A stretch of DNA of 64,000 bases from Scyliorhinus canicula (GCF_902713615.1 NC_052154.1:7379784-7443783), one strand, 5' to 3'. Numbered from the stretch's first letter, positions 48,820 to 62,040 are shown. Numbers and translations are program-made. The notes: a model not told the origin generated them from the sequence alone.

Positions 48820-49790
48820 TTGAGATCATTGATATCTGAAAATCTGTTGAGCGCTGCTATGAACATGCTGGATGACTGAGCCTCCACAGCCCTCTGGGGT
48901 GTACAATTCCAAAGATTCACATACCTCTGACTGAAAAGGTTCCCCCCTCACCTCGGTGTGAACTGGTCTGCCTCTTATTCTGAGACTGTGATCCCTGATC
49001 CTAGACATCCCCAACCAAGGGAAATGTTCTTCCTGCATCTACCAGGTCGAAGCTTGGGCAGAATTTTGTACACTGAAATGAGGTCTCCTCTCATTTTTCT
49101 AAACACTGGAGAATGCAATCCTCACTCTTTGTTGGACACTCCTGCCATCCCAGACATGAGTCAAATGAACATTTGCTGCATTCCTACTTAGGCCAGGGTA
49201 TATCCTTCCTTTGGTCAAGAGACCAAAGCTGCAAACAATTCCCCAGCTTTGCTCTGTCCAAAGCTCTATACAACTGCAACAATTTTTGTTGCTCCACTCA
49301 GATCCCTTTGCAATAAAGGCCAACATACCATTTGCCTTCTGAATTGCTTTAGCCCCTGCATATTAGCTTTCAGTGACTCATAATCAAGAGGGCAGCACAG
49401 TAGCACAATAGGTTAGCACTGTGGCTTCACAGCACCAGGGTCCCAGGTTTGATCCCTCGCCGGGTTGCTGTTCGTGCAGAGTCTGCACGTTCTCCCCGTG
49501 TCTGCGTGGGTTTCCTCCGGGTGCTCCGGTTTCCTCCCGCAGTCCAAAGACGTGCAGGTTAGGTGGGTTGGCCATGATAAATTGCCCATAATGACCAAAA
49601 AGGTTAGGAGGGGTTGTTGGGTTATGGGGATAGGGTGGAAGTGAGGGCTTAAGTGGGTCGGTGCAGACTCGATGGGCCGAATGGCCTCCTTCTGCGCTGT
49701 ATGTTCTATGTAAACTCCCAGGTCCCTTTTGGTCATCAATACTTTCCAATCTCTCCCCATTTAAAAAATAGGAGATCTGTTTGTTCTCCC
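48820..49790 (-). mobile_element. CR1 fragment with an HE1 SINE at 49390-49710 (+)
   Basis: Antisense ORF2 C-terminus; full SINE head, core and tail. Confidence 0.8.
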
Positions 49791-50514
49791 ACAGGAGGAA
49801 GGGATCCCCCTGTTCCTTGTACAATGTTGTTTCCCCTGCTTGGGGCTCTAGAACATGGGGACATGGACTCAGGATAAAGCGCCAACCATTTAGAGCTGAG
49901 ATGAGAAGAATTTTCTTCAGTCCTAGGATTGCAATTTTTTGGAATTAGCTACCTCGGAGACACTGTGGATACTCAAGCCGTAGAGTTTATTCATTCAAAA
50001 CGTTCGCTAGGGTGTGAGGATCCTTGAAAGGGTGCCGAAGAAATCACCAGGATAGTTCTAGGGATTTAGATTCAGGGTTAGGTTAGGGAATCTGATGGAG
50101 GCGCACAAGATTATGAGAGGTTTCGATCTGGTGAACAAAGAAGAGCTGTTGCCAGTAACTGAGGGAAGAAGGACGAGGGGGGAAACAGATTTAAGGTTTT
50201 GGTCCAGAGATACAGGGGATAAGTGAAAGGAACTTGAAACTTGTTGCCATGTGGGTGTTGGAAGTGATGAGGCGATGAATGATTTCAGATGGGCACTTGA
50301 GGGAATAAACCTCAGGGCTACGGGGTTAGAGCGGTGGAATGGGATACATTGGGTTCTTCTGCAGAGAGCTGACATGGACACGATGGGCTGAATGGCCTCC
50401 TTCCATGCTGGAATGACTCTACCACTCTCTCTGGAGGTTGCTAGATTTAAGGCAGTGAGGATACATTTAGAGATCGGAATTGATGTAGAAGTTCGACATG
50501 ATTTTAAAAAAAAA

Positions 50515-50741
50515 TTTGTTTTTATAAATTTAGGTTAGCCAATTATTTTTTCCAATTAAGGGGCAATTTAGCGTGGCCAATCCACCTACTCTGCACATTT
50601 TTGGGTTGTGGGGGCGAAACCCACGCAGACACCGGGAGAATGTGCAAACTCCACACGGACAGTGACCCAGAGCCGGGATCGAACCTGGGACCTCAGCGCC
50701 GTGAGGCGGTTGTGCTAACCACTAGGCCACCGTGCTGCCCT
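50515..50741 (-). mobile_element. HE1-type V-SINE, short-tail variant
   Basis: Flanked by duplicated GTTCGACATGAT. Confidence 0.85.
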
Positions 50742-51369
50742 CGTTCGACATGATGTTAATAAATGGTGCAGCAGGCTCAAGACCAGCAGGCACTATGACC
50801 TGCTCCTGCTGCTATTTCTTATTTCCTTATGTTCTCAATCATTCCCTGTGGCAAAGAATTCTGTTTTGCAGCAACCTTCGATACAAAGGAATCTTCCTTC
50901 ACTCCTGGTGATCATAACCAGCTCGACCTCTCCATCTTGCAACTCCATCTCCAATTTGTCCGGCAGCGAGTCTGACATTCATTTGTGGATAAACCAGGCC
51001 ACAATCAGCGAGACGCTCTGTTCTTGTCCCACCGGAAACTTGGTACCCCAGCCGTAATTTCACCCCATTCCCTCAGCAGCTTATTCAGGATGAACAGGAC
51101 TGCACGTCACCACAAGGTTTAACCGCAAGAGGCAGAGTGACAGTTGGGCAACCTGAACCTGGGAACGAAGGCAGGTTGGATTTGAACACACGCCACATGC
51201 CTTGTGCTCAGACAGAGCATGAGTTGGCAAATTTGTTGCCCCATAAAAATTAAAGGAATCGCTCATTAAAGTAAATTAAATATTAAATGGTGCAGAAGAT
51301 AGACTCAAAAAATTACTTAAAAGTAGCAAGCATACAAAATTCAATCAGTGAAAAATAAATCAAAATAAT

Positions 51370-51905
51370 TTTGTTGCTCGAGGAAATACAGTTCAAAAAC
51401 ACTATTCAGTCTTGGACATTGCTGGACCCATTATAGAAAGAATATTAAAGCCACAGAGAGTAGACAGCGTAAATTCGCCAGGAGGATGTCAGGGATGAGA
51501 GGTTATTGCTCTGATGAAAGATTTGAGATACTGAGGCATTACCAGAACGGAAAAGATTTAATGGAGATTTGTAAAGCATTTTGATCGATTGTATGAAGGA
51601 AGACCATTTCCTCTGGTAGGGTAGTCACCAATGAGAAGACATCGACTTCAAATTATCATTGACACAGAGTGTGGATACATTCCTTTACACCGAGGTTTTA
51701 AGAATGGATGGGATGCTTTGCTACAAGGAGTGGTTGAGGCAGATATCATCGTGTTTCATAAAGTGAATGGGATAAATATTTCAAGCGGAGGAAGATGCAA
51801 GACTATGAGGAGGGAGTGGAAGAGAGGAATTGATGTGAGATTTGCTGTTGAAAAAGCAATGACGGACACAATGGACTAAGTGGTCCACTTATGTGCTGTA
51901 AACCT
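51370..51905 (+). mobile_element. Old CR1 3' fragment
   Basis: Degenerate ORF2 C-terminus and 3' UTR. Confidence 0.55.
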
Positions 51906-54573
51906 TTACGCCGTGTGTTTTCAGTTGTAAATAAAATCTAGTGAGACCCAACATGATGGGGGCGTTGAAAATGGAGCTGAATGTCAAGCTGTGAGAGGTA
52001 TGTTTCCAAAGGGACTAAAACTTCAATGTGTTGAATGACCTTACTATGTCCTTGATTAGTCTTATGAGATACAGCTGAGCTGACACGTGTCCGCTGCACC
52101 ATAGCCCAGCATGATTCAGAGAGCCCTCAGGAGACAAGGAGAGAAAATTGAAAGTAAAGTTCATAAGAATAAAACCAAGAGCTACTGTCAACGGAGAATA
52201 GGATTCCGCATCCTGATCTCCTTGATGTCAGTCCAAAGCGATCTCAGAGTAGCTCCCAGGCCCCTCGAACCAAGACTTCAATTGTCAGAACCGTTTTGTG
52301 TTTGAGGCAAAGAGACAATCACAGCTTTGGTAATTATGTTTTATATAAGCTATGCACATACAGGAATCAGACACTATATTAATGCTTTTGGGCTAGACCC
52401 TAGCAGCAGGGGAGTAGCAGTAAATTTAATTAACCATGTCATTGTTTTGTACAAGATGCCTGACACATTATTATGTGCTATTTGTGCAACAGAATTCAAT
52501 TACTGCTTTTCACTAAAAATTACCAGGGGCTTGATCGGATTAACATTTAAGTGAAATGTGGTCGTCTCTCATGCTTAAGGGGCATTTGTCGTGGATTCAA
52601 TTGTAGCATGAAGTACGCTCAGTGACATTGGGAAAATGGGAAAGAAAAAAATTAAGGATTCGTTTTTTTTTCAGATGAATTCAAGCATGTAAAGATTGCC
52701 CAGAGTCAACAGCTGGTATTTTTCTGCAAGATGTCAGTATTTTTCTCTCTTTGACACAAGGGGAAGTGAGACAGGGAAAGTCAATCTCTATCTGCAAGTG
52801 TCTTATACTTTGTTTCAATTTGCATTTTATTTTCTCTTGTTCATCTTCACTCTTCATTTCCCTTCCCTGCCCACTTTCCCTCCTGATAGAATCACTTTCT
52901 TTTCCTTATGCTCCAGCTTGTTATTTATCCTTCAACAAAAATCACTAAAACACAATTATCTGATCATTTATCATAATTGCTGTTCCTTGGGTACTGCTGT
53001 GCACATATTGACTGCCATGTTTCCGGCATTATCACAGCAAGCGTATTACTATCGATAAGGCACGTTGGGACATTCGGACATTGTGAAAGGCACTATGGAA
53101 ATGCAAGCTGTCTCTATCTCCTTGCAAGGGATAGCTACACAGGCAGCAGTCATCCCTTGCTATTCCACTCAATTATCCAGGTGTGTGAGAATCACCAGAC
53201 TGTTGGGCTGCAGAAGGAATCACAGCTCGGGCCAACCCCGTCCTGTGGTGCCTGGTATTATCAGTGCTGCAATTGCAGCCGGGTTTGTGAGATGGTCACC
53301 AAGCTCAACAGCAGTAATCCTTGGATGGCTTTCCTCTCCCCAACCGTGTCAAACTGCGGTTGCCACTGATTGGCCGAGTTATGTAACAGCTTTAGTACAT
53401 CGCAAGTATCTGGTTACATTTTTCCAATACCCTGCAGTAATAATGGTTTAGCATTGGCTTGTGGGACAGTTATATGGACAGGGTGGAGAAGCTGGTTTTC
53501 TCCTCTTTCGAGAAGAAGAAGTTGAGAGGTGACTTGATCGAGGTGTTCAAAACCATGAGAAATCTGGATGGAAGGGGTGGGTGAAAATCAGAGGGCACAA
53601 ATTTAAGGTGGTGAGCAAAAAGAATCCAAGGGTACATGAGGGAGAAACTGAGGAAGAATGCACTGCCTGGGAGGGTGGAGGAGGCAGATTCCGTTGCGTC
53701 TTAGGGGTAATTGACTAAACTTTATGTCACATTATTCATTTGTAACTGATTTAATGAATCTAAATTTGCAGTTGAGATTAGTGTCTGAGATAGATATAAA
53801 TTGATGAGATTAATTTCGAGTTAAGACTCCTTTGACAGCTGACAATGTAACAGCATTAGCCAACGAGTGTATCGAATAGATTAATTTCTATATTCTTGAA
53901 ATTAGAAATGTTCCCGTAATATGTACAACTAAGTTGAGGAAGGGTGAGAGGCGTCTCTAAAGAACGAGACCTAACAGTCTGTCTCTGTGCTGTAAATTCT
54001 ACATAATTCTACGTAACTTTGTCCTTTGATGGCTTGTCCTTCCCTGGGAGGGTGACATTTCTGAGGCATCAGAGGTATGACACTTAATCTGTCGATGTTA
54101 TCCGTTCCTCATGGACCCTGTACTCCAAGGTGGATTCATTTCCATTCTCGGAGATATAGATGAACCAGCCTGCTTGCCTCCCTTAATCTCAGGTTATCTA
54201 AGGCACTCGTATATGTCTATATTTGCTACAATAGCCAAACAATCTTACACTCTGTAATCCTTTGCTTTTCCTTCATTGGAAGTGATCTGCACCTTATTAT
54301 TTTACAGAAACACTCTTCGAAGTATAAGACCATAAGACATAGGATCAGAATTAGGCCACTCAGCCCTTCGAGTCTGCTCCGCCATTCAATCATGGCTGAT
54401 ATTTTTCTCATCCCCATTCTCCTGCCTTTTCCCCATAACCCCTGATCCCCTTATTATAATAATCTTTATAATAATCTTTATTGTCACAAGTAGGTTTACA
54501 TTAAAACTGCAATGAAGTTACTGCGAAAAGCCCCGAGTCACCACATTCTGGCATCTGTTCGGATACACATTAT

Positions 54574-55275
54574 GGGCGGAATTCTCCGCAGGGGGCCGAA
54601 TTCGTGAAGGCCGTCGTGAACTCGGCCGAGGTTCACGACGGCCTCGGAGCCCGCTCCCTGCACCTAATTCACCCCCACCCGGGGGGCTAGGAGCGGGCCT
54701 CCGTCTTTCTCGGCAACGACCTCGACACGCCGAGAATGTGAAGTCATCCGCGCATGCGCGGGTTGCCGGTTCCAACCCGCGCATGCACGGATGACTTCAT
54801 CGCGCAGACGGCACGAACCCGCGCATGCGCGGTGGCCGTCTTTCTCCTCAGCCACCCAGCAAGGCGTGGCGGCTTGATCTTGCCGGGCGTCGGAGGGGAA
54901 AGAGTACGTCCGTTTTGGACGCTGGCCCGACGATCGGTGGGCACCGATTGCGGGCCTGTCCCCTCCCGAGCACAGTCGTGGTGCTCCAGTCCCAATCGAG
55001 CCCCTAGATGCCCCAAACGGGCATCTGGCGCCCGTTTCACGAATGCAGCGACCAGGTGTGTTTGCCGCCGTCGTGAAACGGGCGTGAAGGGCCGACCCCT
55101 CGGCCCATCGGTCTCGGAGGTCTCGGTCCCGGTCTCTTGAAAAACAGCGAGCGCTGATTTTTCCGAGCCGGGGAGGGGCGGGGGGAATCGCGGGGGGTGC
55201 CAGGGGGGCATAAAAAATGTCGGGGGGCCCTCACGCGATTCTCCCAGGCTGTGTGGGGAGCGGAGAATTGTGCCC
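54574..55275. mobile_element. Complete CpG-rich Harbinger-like MITE
   Basis: TIRs GGGCGGAATTCTCCGC / GCGGAGAATTGTGCCC; sits between a SINE tail (54455-54570) and CR1 pieces (54320-54455, 55278-55330). Confidence 0.75.
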
Positions 55276-56313
55276 GATTAATCAAGAACCTATCTATGTC
55301 TGTCTTAAAGACATCCACAGCCTTCTATTGGATCAATAAATAAACTAGGGAACTAAGGACTGAAGATTGAGAATAAGTATATTCCCTCTTATAGTCAGCA
55401 TTTTTAAAGTAACCTCTGGAAATCTAAAGAAGAACAAAGAAAAGTACACCACAGGAACAGGCCCTTCGGCCCTCCAAGCCCGTGCCGACCATGCTGCCCG
55501 ACTAAACTACAATCTTTTACACTTCCTGGGTCCGTATCCCTCTATTCCCATCCTATTCATGTATTTGTCAAGATGCCCCTTAAATGTCACTATCGTCCCT
55601 GCTTCCACCACCTCCCCCGGCAGCGAGTTCCAGGTACCCACTACCCTCTGTGTAAAAAACTTGCCTCGTATATCTACTCTAAACCTTGCCCCTCTCACCT
55701 TAAACCTATGCCCCCTAGTAATTGACCCCTCTACCCTGGGGAAAAGCCTCTGACTATCCACTCTGTCTATGCCCCTCATATCAGGTCGCTCCTCAACCTC
55801 CTTCATTCCAGTGAGAACAAACCGAGTTTATTCAACCGTTCCTCATAGCCAATGCCCTCCACACAGGCAACATCCTGGTAAATCTCTTCTGCACCCTCTC
55901 TAAAGCCTCCACATCCTTCTGGTAGTGTGGCGACCAGAATTGAATACTATACTCCAGGTATGACTTAACTAAGGTTCTATACAGCTGCAACATGACTTGC
56001 CAATTCTTATTCTCAATGCCCCGGCCAATGAAGGCATGCATGCAGTATGCCCTCTTGACTACCTTCTCCACCTGTGTTGCCCCTTTCAGTGACCTGTGGA
56101 CCTGTAGACCTAGATCTCTGACTTTCAATATTCTTTAGGGTTCTACCATACACTTTATATTCCCTACCTGCATTAGACCTTCCAAAATACATTATCTCAC
56201 ATTTGTCCGGATTAAACTCCATCTGCCATCTCTCCGCCCAAGCGTCCAAACAATCTAAATCCTGCTGTATCCTCTGACAGTCCTCATCGCTATCCACAAT
56301 TTTACCAACCTTT

Positions 56314-57364
56314 AGAGACATAGATAGAATGCAGAGCTGGGCTGTGAAGTGGCAGATGGAGTTTAACCCTGACAAGTGTGAGGTTGTCCATTTTGGAAGG
56401 ACAAATCTGAATGCGGAATACAGGGTTAATGGTAGGGTTCTTGGCAATGTGGAGGAGCAGAGAGATCTTGGGGTCTATGTTCATAGTTCTTTGAAAGTTG
56501 CCACTCAAGTGGATAGAGCTGTGAAGAAGGCCTATGGTGTGCTAGCGTTCATTAGCAGAGGGATTGAATTTAAGAGCCGTGAGGTGATGATGCAGCTGTA
56601 CAAAACCTTGGTCAGGCCACATTTGGAGTACTGTGTGCAGTTCTGGTCACCTCATTTTAGGAAGGATGTGGAAGCTTTGGAAAAGGTGCAAAGGAAATTT
56701 ACCAGGATGTTGCCTGGAATGGAGAGTAGGTCATACGAGGAAAGGTTGAGGGTGCTAGGCCTTTTCTCATTAGAATGGAGAAGGATGAGGGGCGACTTGA
56801 TAGAGGTTTATAAGATGATCAGGGGAATAGATAGAGTAGACAGTCAGAGACTTTTTCCCCGGGTGGAACACACCATTACAAGGGGACATAAATTTAAGAT
56901 AAATGGTGGAAGACATTGAGGGGATGTCAGAGGTAGGTTCTTTACCCAGAGAGTAGTGGGGGCATGGAATGCACTGCCTGTGGTAGTAGTTGAGTCGGAA
57001 AAGTTAGGGACCTTCAAGTGGCTATTGGATAGGTACTTGGATTAGGGTAGAATAATGGAGTGTAGGTTAACTTCTTAAGGGCAGCACGGTAGTATTGTGG
57101 ATAGCACAATTGCTTCACAGCTCCAGGGTCCCAAGTTCGATTTCGACTTGGGTCACTGTCTGTGTGGAGTCTGCACATCCTCCCCGTGACTGCGTGGGTT
57201 TCCTCCGGGTACTCCGGTTTCCTCCCACAGTCCAAAGATGTGCAGGTTGGGTGGATTGGCCATGAAAAATTGTCCAAAATTCTATGATTAACCTAGGACA
57301 AAAGTTCAGCGCAACATCGTGGGCCGAAGGGCCTGTTTTGTGCTGTATTTCTCTATATCTATAT
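56314..57364 (+). mobile_element. Young 5'-truncated CR1 inserted antisense into the CR1, with an HE1 segment in its 3' UTR
   Basis: Open 196-aa ORF2 end (56329-56919); tail (CTATAT)n; CTTT at both junctions. Confidence 0.9.
57079..57287 (+). mobile_element. Internally deleted HE1 SINE within the CR1 3' UTR
   Basis: Head and V core joined directly to AAATTCTATG. Confidence 0.85.
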
Positions 57365-57501
57365 CTTTGTGTCGTCTGCAAACTTACCAATCAGACAATT
57401 TTCCTCCAAATCATTTATATATACTACGAACAGCAAAGGTTCCAGCACTGATTCCTGCGGAACACCACTAGTCACAGCCCTCCAATTAGAAAAGCATCCT
57501 T

Positions 57502-57812
57502 GGGCAGCACAGTAGCATAGTGGTTAGTAGAATTGCTTCACAGCTCCAGGGTCCCAGGTTCAATTCCCGGCTGGGTCACTGTCTGTGCGGAGTCTGCACG
57601 TTCTCCCCGTGTCTGCGTGGGTGTCCTCCGGGTGCTCCGGTTTCCTCTCACTGTCCAAAGATGTGCAGGTTAGGTGGATTTGCCATGCTAAATTGCCCTT
57701 AGTGTCCAAAATTGCCCTTAGTGTTGGTTGAGTGGGGTTACTGGGATAGGGTGGTGTGAGCCGGTGCAGACTCGATGGGCCGAATGGCCTCCTTCTGCAT
57801 TGTAAATTCAAT
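57502..57812 (+). mobile_element. HE1 V-SINE
   Basis: Head, core and tail. Confidence 0.9.
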
Positions 57813-58194
57813 GCTACTTCATTGCTACTCTCTGCCTTCTATGACCTAGCCAGTTCTGTATCCACCTTGCCAGCTCACCCCTGATCCCGTGTGACTTCAC
57901 CTTTTGTGCCAGTCTGCCATGAGGGACCTTGTCAAAGGCCTTACTGAAATCCATAAAGACAACATCCACTGCCCTACCTGCATCAATTACCTTTGTGGCC
58001 TCTTCAAAAAACTCTATCAAGTTAGTGAGATGTGACCTCCCCTTGGCCAATTGGCCCTCTTGGTCAATTCAGCAGTTCTTAGTAGAGTTCAGGGTTTCAA
58101 GTCTCAATGACAACACACAGCCCCATTGGCACCACCATTAACCTCCAGCCAGACAAAATGCATGCACTGAGATGGACTGAGTCACTTCTTTACA

Positions 58195-58510
58195 CATAGA
58201 AACCCCACAGTGCAGAAGGAGGCTATTTGGCCCATCAAGCTGCACTGACATCCTGAAAGAGCACCCCATCTAGGCCCATCCCCTCCCTGCAACTCCACCT
58301 AACCTGCACATCTTTTGTACACTAAGGGGCAATTAATCATGGCCAATCCACCTAACCTGCGCATCCCTGACTATGGAAGGAAACCGCAGCACCCGGAGTA
58401 AACCCACGCAGACACGGGAAGAATGTGCAAACTCCACGCAGTCACCCGAGGCAGGAATTGAACCTGGGTCCCTGGCGCTGTGAGGCAGCAGCTGACTCAC
58501 TGCACCACCC
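58195..58510 (-). mobile_element. HE1 V-SINE
   Basis: Antisense head, core and tail. Confidence 0.8.
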
Positions 58511-58934
58511 TTATTTCCTTTGCTCGGAGCTGTACACAGTACAGGTAACTCAGAACGCCTTTTTGTTACCGCTTCCCGTTACAGGGTCATCTGCAAGCCC
58601 ATGGCCTTGATGGATGACCTTCTAACCCTAGTAAGGCTAACAGCAACAACTTGCAGTTATACAGCATCTTTAACACCGTAAAATGTCCCAATAAGGTTGT
58701 TTATGAAAGTGATTATCAACAAGAATTTGACATCGACCTACACAAGGAGATTTTAGGTTGGATGACCAAAGCTCATTCAAAGTGACAGGTGTGAGAAAGG
58801 GTCACCTTGGAGGGAGGTAGAGAGCTGGAGTGTTTAAAAGAGAGAAATCCAGAACTTAGGGAAAGCAGCTGAAGACACAGCCTTCAATGGCGGATTGATT
58901 GAAATCAGTGAAGCGCACGAGGTCAGAAAGGAAA

Positions 58935-60005
58935 ATAAAGACTTGCATTTGTATAGCGCTCTTCACCATCACTGGATGTCTCAAAGTAATTTTACGGCCA
59001 GTGAAGTGCTTTTGAAGTACAGTTGCCGTTTGCAATGTTGGAGTCAGAAAAAGCGGTCAACTTTCCCCAGGCAAGCTCCCGCAAACATCAATATGGTAAC
59101 GACCAGAAAATCTGCGATGCTGAACTGTTGTGTTGACTGAGGGATAAATATTGGTGAGGACTCCAGAGACAATGCCGAATGAGGCCATTTGGCCCATCGA
59201 GCCTGCACCCACCCTCCGAAAGACCACCTCAGCACACTCCCCGCCCTATCCTAGTCATCTTGCAACCCCAGATAACCGTCACATCTTTGGACACTAAGGG
59301 GCAATTAATCATGGCCAATCCACCTAATGTGCGCATCTTTAGACTGTGGGAGGAAACCGGAGCGCCCGGAGGAAACCCATGCAGACACGGGGAGAACGTG
59401 CAAACTCCACACAGACAGACACCCAAAGCCGGAATAAAACCTGGGTCCCTGGCACTGTGAGGCAGTAGTGCTAACCATTGTGCCACCGTGACACCCCATC
59501 TTCAAAATAGTGGCAGGACATCTTTTACATCCACCTGAACAAGCATATGGGACTCAGTTTAACATTTCATCTGACGATAATAATAATAATCTTTATTAGT
59601 GTCACAAGTAGGCTTACATTAACACTGCAATTAAGTTATTGTGAAAATCCCCGAGTCGCCCACATTCTGGCGCCTGTTCGGGTACACAGAGGGAGAATTC
59701 AGAATGTCCAAATCACCTAACAAGCACGTCTTTCCGGACTTGTGGGAGAAAACCGGAACACCCGGAGGAAACCCACGTAGACATGTGGAGAACGTGCAGA
59801 CTCCACACTGACATTAAACCAAGCCGAGATTTGAACCTGGATCCCTGGCGCCTTGAAGCAACAGTGCTCACCACTGCGGCATTATGCCACCTGAAAGGCA
59901 ACATCTGCAACAGTACAGCACAGCCCCAGCGCAGCAGCGTGTCAGCTTTGATTTTTTTGCGCTCAAGGCCTGGAGTGAGACTTGAACCCACCACCTGGTC
60001 ACACA
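58935..60005 (-). mobile_element. Deu-type SINE split by an HE1 SINE (59170-59497) and a (TAT)n-tail V-SINE (59577-59885)
   Basis: Collinear Deu pieces: TGAGGGATAAATATTGG, CTTTTACATCCACCTGA...TTTAACATTTCATCTGA, CTGAAAGGCAACATC...GACTTGAACCCAC. Confidence 0.7.
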
Positions 60006-60364
60006 GTTGTAAAGAATGTTACCCTGGCTCGAGGATAGTGCAGAAGTCTCTGAAGTTTGCAAGTCTGGAAGGGGTAATAAAGTGAGGGAAGAGCAAAAGT
60101 ATGGATGGATTTGAAAACAAATAGTTTTATTTTAACACTGAGGCTTTCCAGAAGAGGAAACAGTTTAGGTAAACAGTTACATAATGGATGAAGAGGGATC
60201 AGTGGGAATTTTGAAAGAACTCAGGTTTCTCTAGTTTGGAAGATGGGAGACTGGTCAGGACAGCATTGGAAACGTCACGTTTTGATTTAGGCGATATGAC
60301 AGAATATTTTGTTTAAATAAACTGCCATGGTTTAATTGGCATAAATCTCTTCTGCCTCATAAAG

Positions 60365-61245
60365 TAGTCTTACAACACCAGGTTAAAGTCCAACAGGTTT
60401 GTTTCAAATCACTAGCTTTCGGAGCACTGCTCCTTCCTCAGGTGAATGAAGAGGTAGGTTCCAGAAACATATATATGGACAAAGTCAAAGATACAAGATG
60501 ATACTTAAAATGCGAGCATTTGCAAGTAACTAAGGCTTCACAGATCCAGAGAGAGGGGTAACCCCAGGTTAAAGAGGTGTGAATTGTCTCATGTCAGGAC
60601 AGTTGGTAGGATTTCGAAAGCCTAGGCCAGATGGTGGGGGGTGAATGTAAGGCAATATGAATCCAAGGTCCCGGTTGAGGCTGTACTCATGTGTGTGGAA
60701 CTTGGCTTAAGGGGGTAAACCAACTGTGGTTTACCAAGAAAGTGAAGAATACTATTAAACTGGAAAAAAAACATATAATGTGGCCAAGATTAAGCCAGAG
60801 AATAGTTCTAAAATCCAACAAAAAATGACCAAAAAAATAAAGAGGGAGAAGATAAACTGCTAAGCTCCGCACACATGAGTACGGCCTCAACCTGGACCTG
60901 GGATTCATGTTGCATTACATTCATCCCCCACCATCTGGCCTGGGCTTGCAAAATCCTAACAACTGTCCTGGCTTGAAACAATTCACACCTCTTTAACCTG
61001 GGGTTACCCCTCTCTCTGGATCTGTAAAGACTTAATTACCTGCAAATGCTCGCATTCAAAGTATCATCTTGCATCTTTGACTTTGTCTATATATATGTTT
61101 CTGGAACATACCTCTTCATTCACCTGAGGAAGGAGCAGTGCTCCGAAAGCTAGTGATTTGAAACACACCTGTTGGACTTTAACCTGGTGTTGTAAGACTT
61201 CTTACTGTGCCCACCCCAGTCCAACGCCGGCATCTCCACATCATG
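60365..61245 (+). mobile_element. PLE (family P1) with an inverted 5' copy and a CR1-like spacer
   Basis: Arms 60365-60707 (-) and 60862-61245 (+); RTHEYGLNLDLGFMLHY GIY-YIG end; 11-bp TSD GCCTCATAAAG (60354-60364 / 61246-61256). Confidence 0.9.
61115..61162 (+). ncRNA. Minimal type I hammerhead ribozyme motif (second copy at 60403-60450, minus strand)
   Basis: TTCATTCAC-CTGAGGA-A-GGAGC-AGT-GCTCC-GAAA-GCTA-GTGATTTGAA. Confidence 0.7.
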
Positions 61246-62040
61246 GCCTCATAAAGACACGGTGAACTCCACCTGAGAGCTCATTTTAAACAAATCATGG
61301 AATGTTTCTTTTTCAGGATTGTTCTAAAGCAGATTGTTATTCATTGCACACATACACACACACACAAAAAAAGACTTGTAGCATTAATTATAATCTACAA
61401 TTAAAAAACACAAGCAAATTCACTGTCTATTATAAATCATAATGCAATCATATGGCATAATTATCTGTGCATTTGAGAGAAATGGCAAAAATTAATTTAT
61501 TCCAATGTATAATTGGATGAATAGATTAATTTTTAATTCTGGTTAATTTATGTTATTTTGTTAACTCCGCGACTTGTTACATACTGTTGTCCGGTTTATT
61601 GCCCAACTTTAGAAGACAATCGAGCAATGACTGTGTTTAATAATAGTGGCTAATGGAAAACAAATTCATTCCTTTTAAAATCTAGTAATAAAATGCTAGT
61701 CTAAGTGAAAGTGGCAATGAAGCTGTCAGGTGATTGCTGAAAAAAAGCAACTGGTTCATGAATATCCTTCAGGGAAGGAAATTTGCCACCCTTACACAAT
61801 CTCGGCTATATGACGACTTCAAGCAAAATAACCTGCTATTGACAATGAATTTACTTGTGATTTTTAATAACCTGCTATTTATACAGTCCCTTTATCTTGC
61901 TAAAGTGTTTCACAGGAGCATAAGATAACAAGATTTGACACCTATTCAGATAAGGAGATATCGCTCACATGAATTAGTCAGAGAGGGAGGATTGAAAGGA
62001 ACATCACCCTCACCCATCCTCAACCACCCTCACCCACCCT

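Larger units (their letters stand above)
55430..58045 (-). mobile_element. CR1 LINE (RT to 3' end) with nested insertions
   Basis: KGRSHLTNLIEFFE, MDFSKAFDKVPHGRL, WQMEFNPDKCE and LEYSIQFWSP in collinear pieces. Confidence 0.9.
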
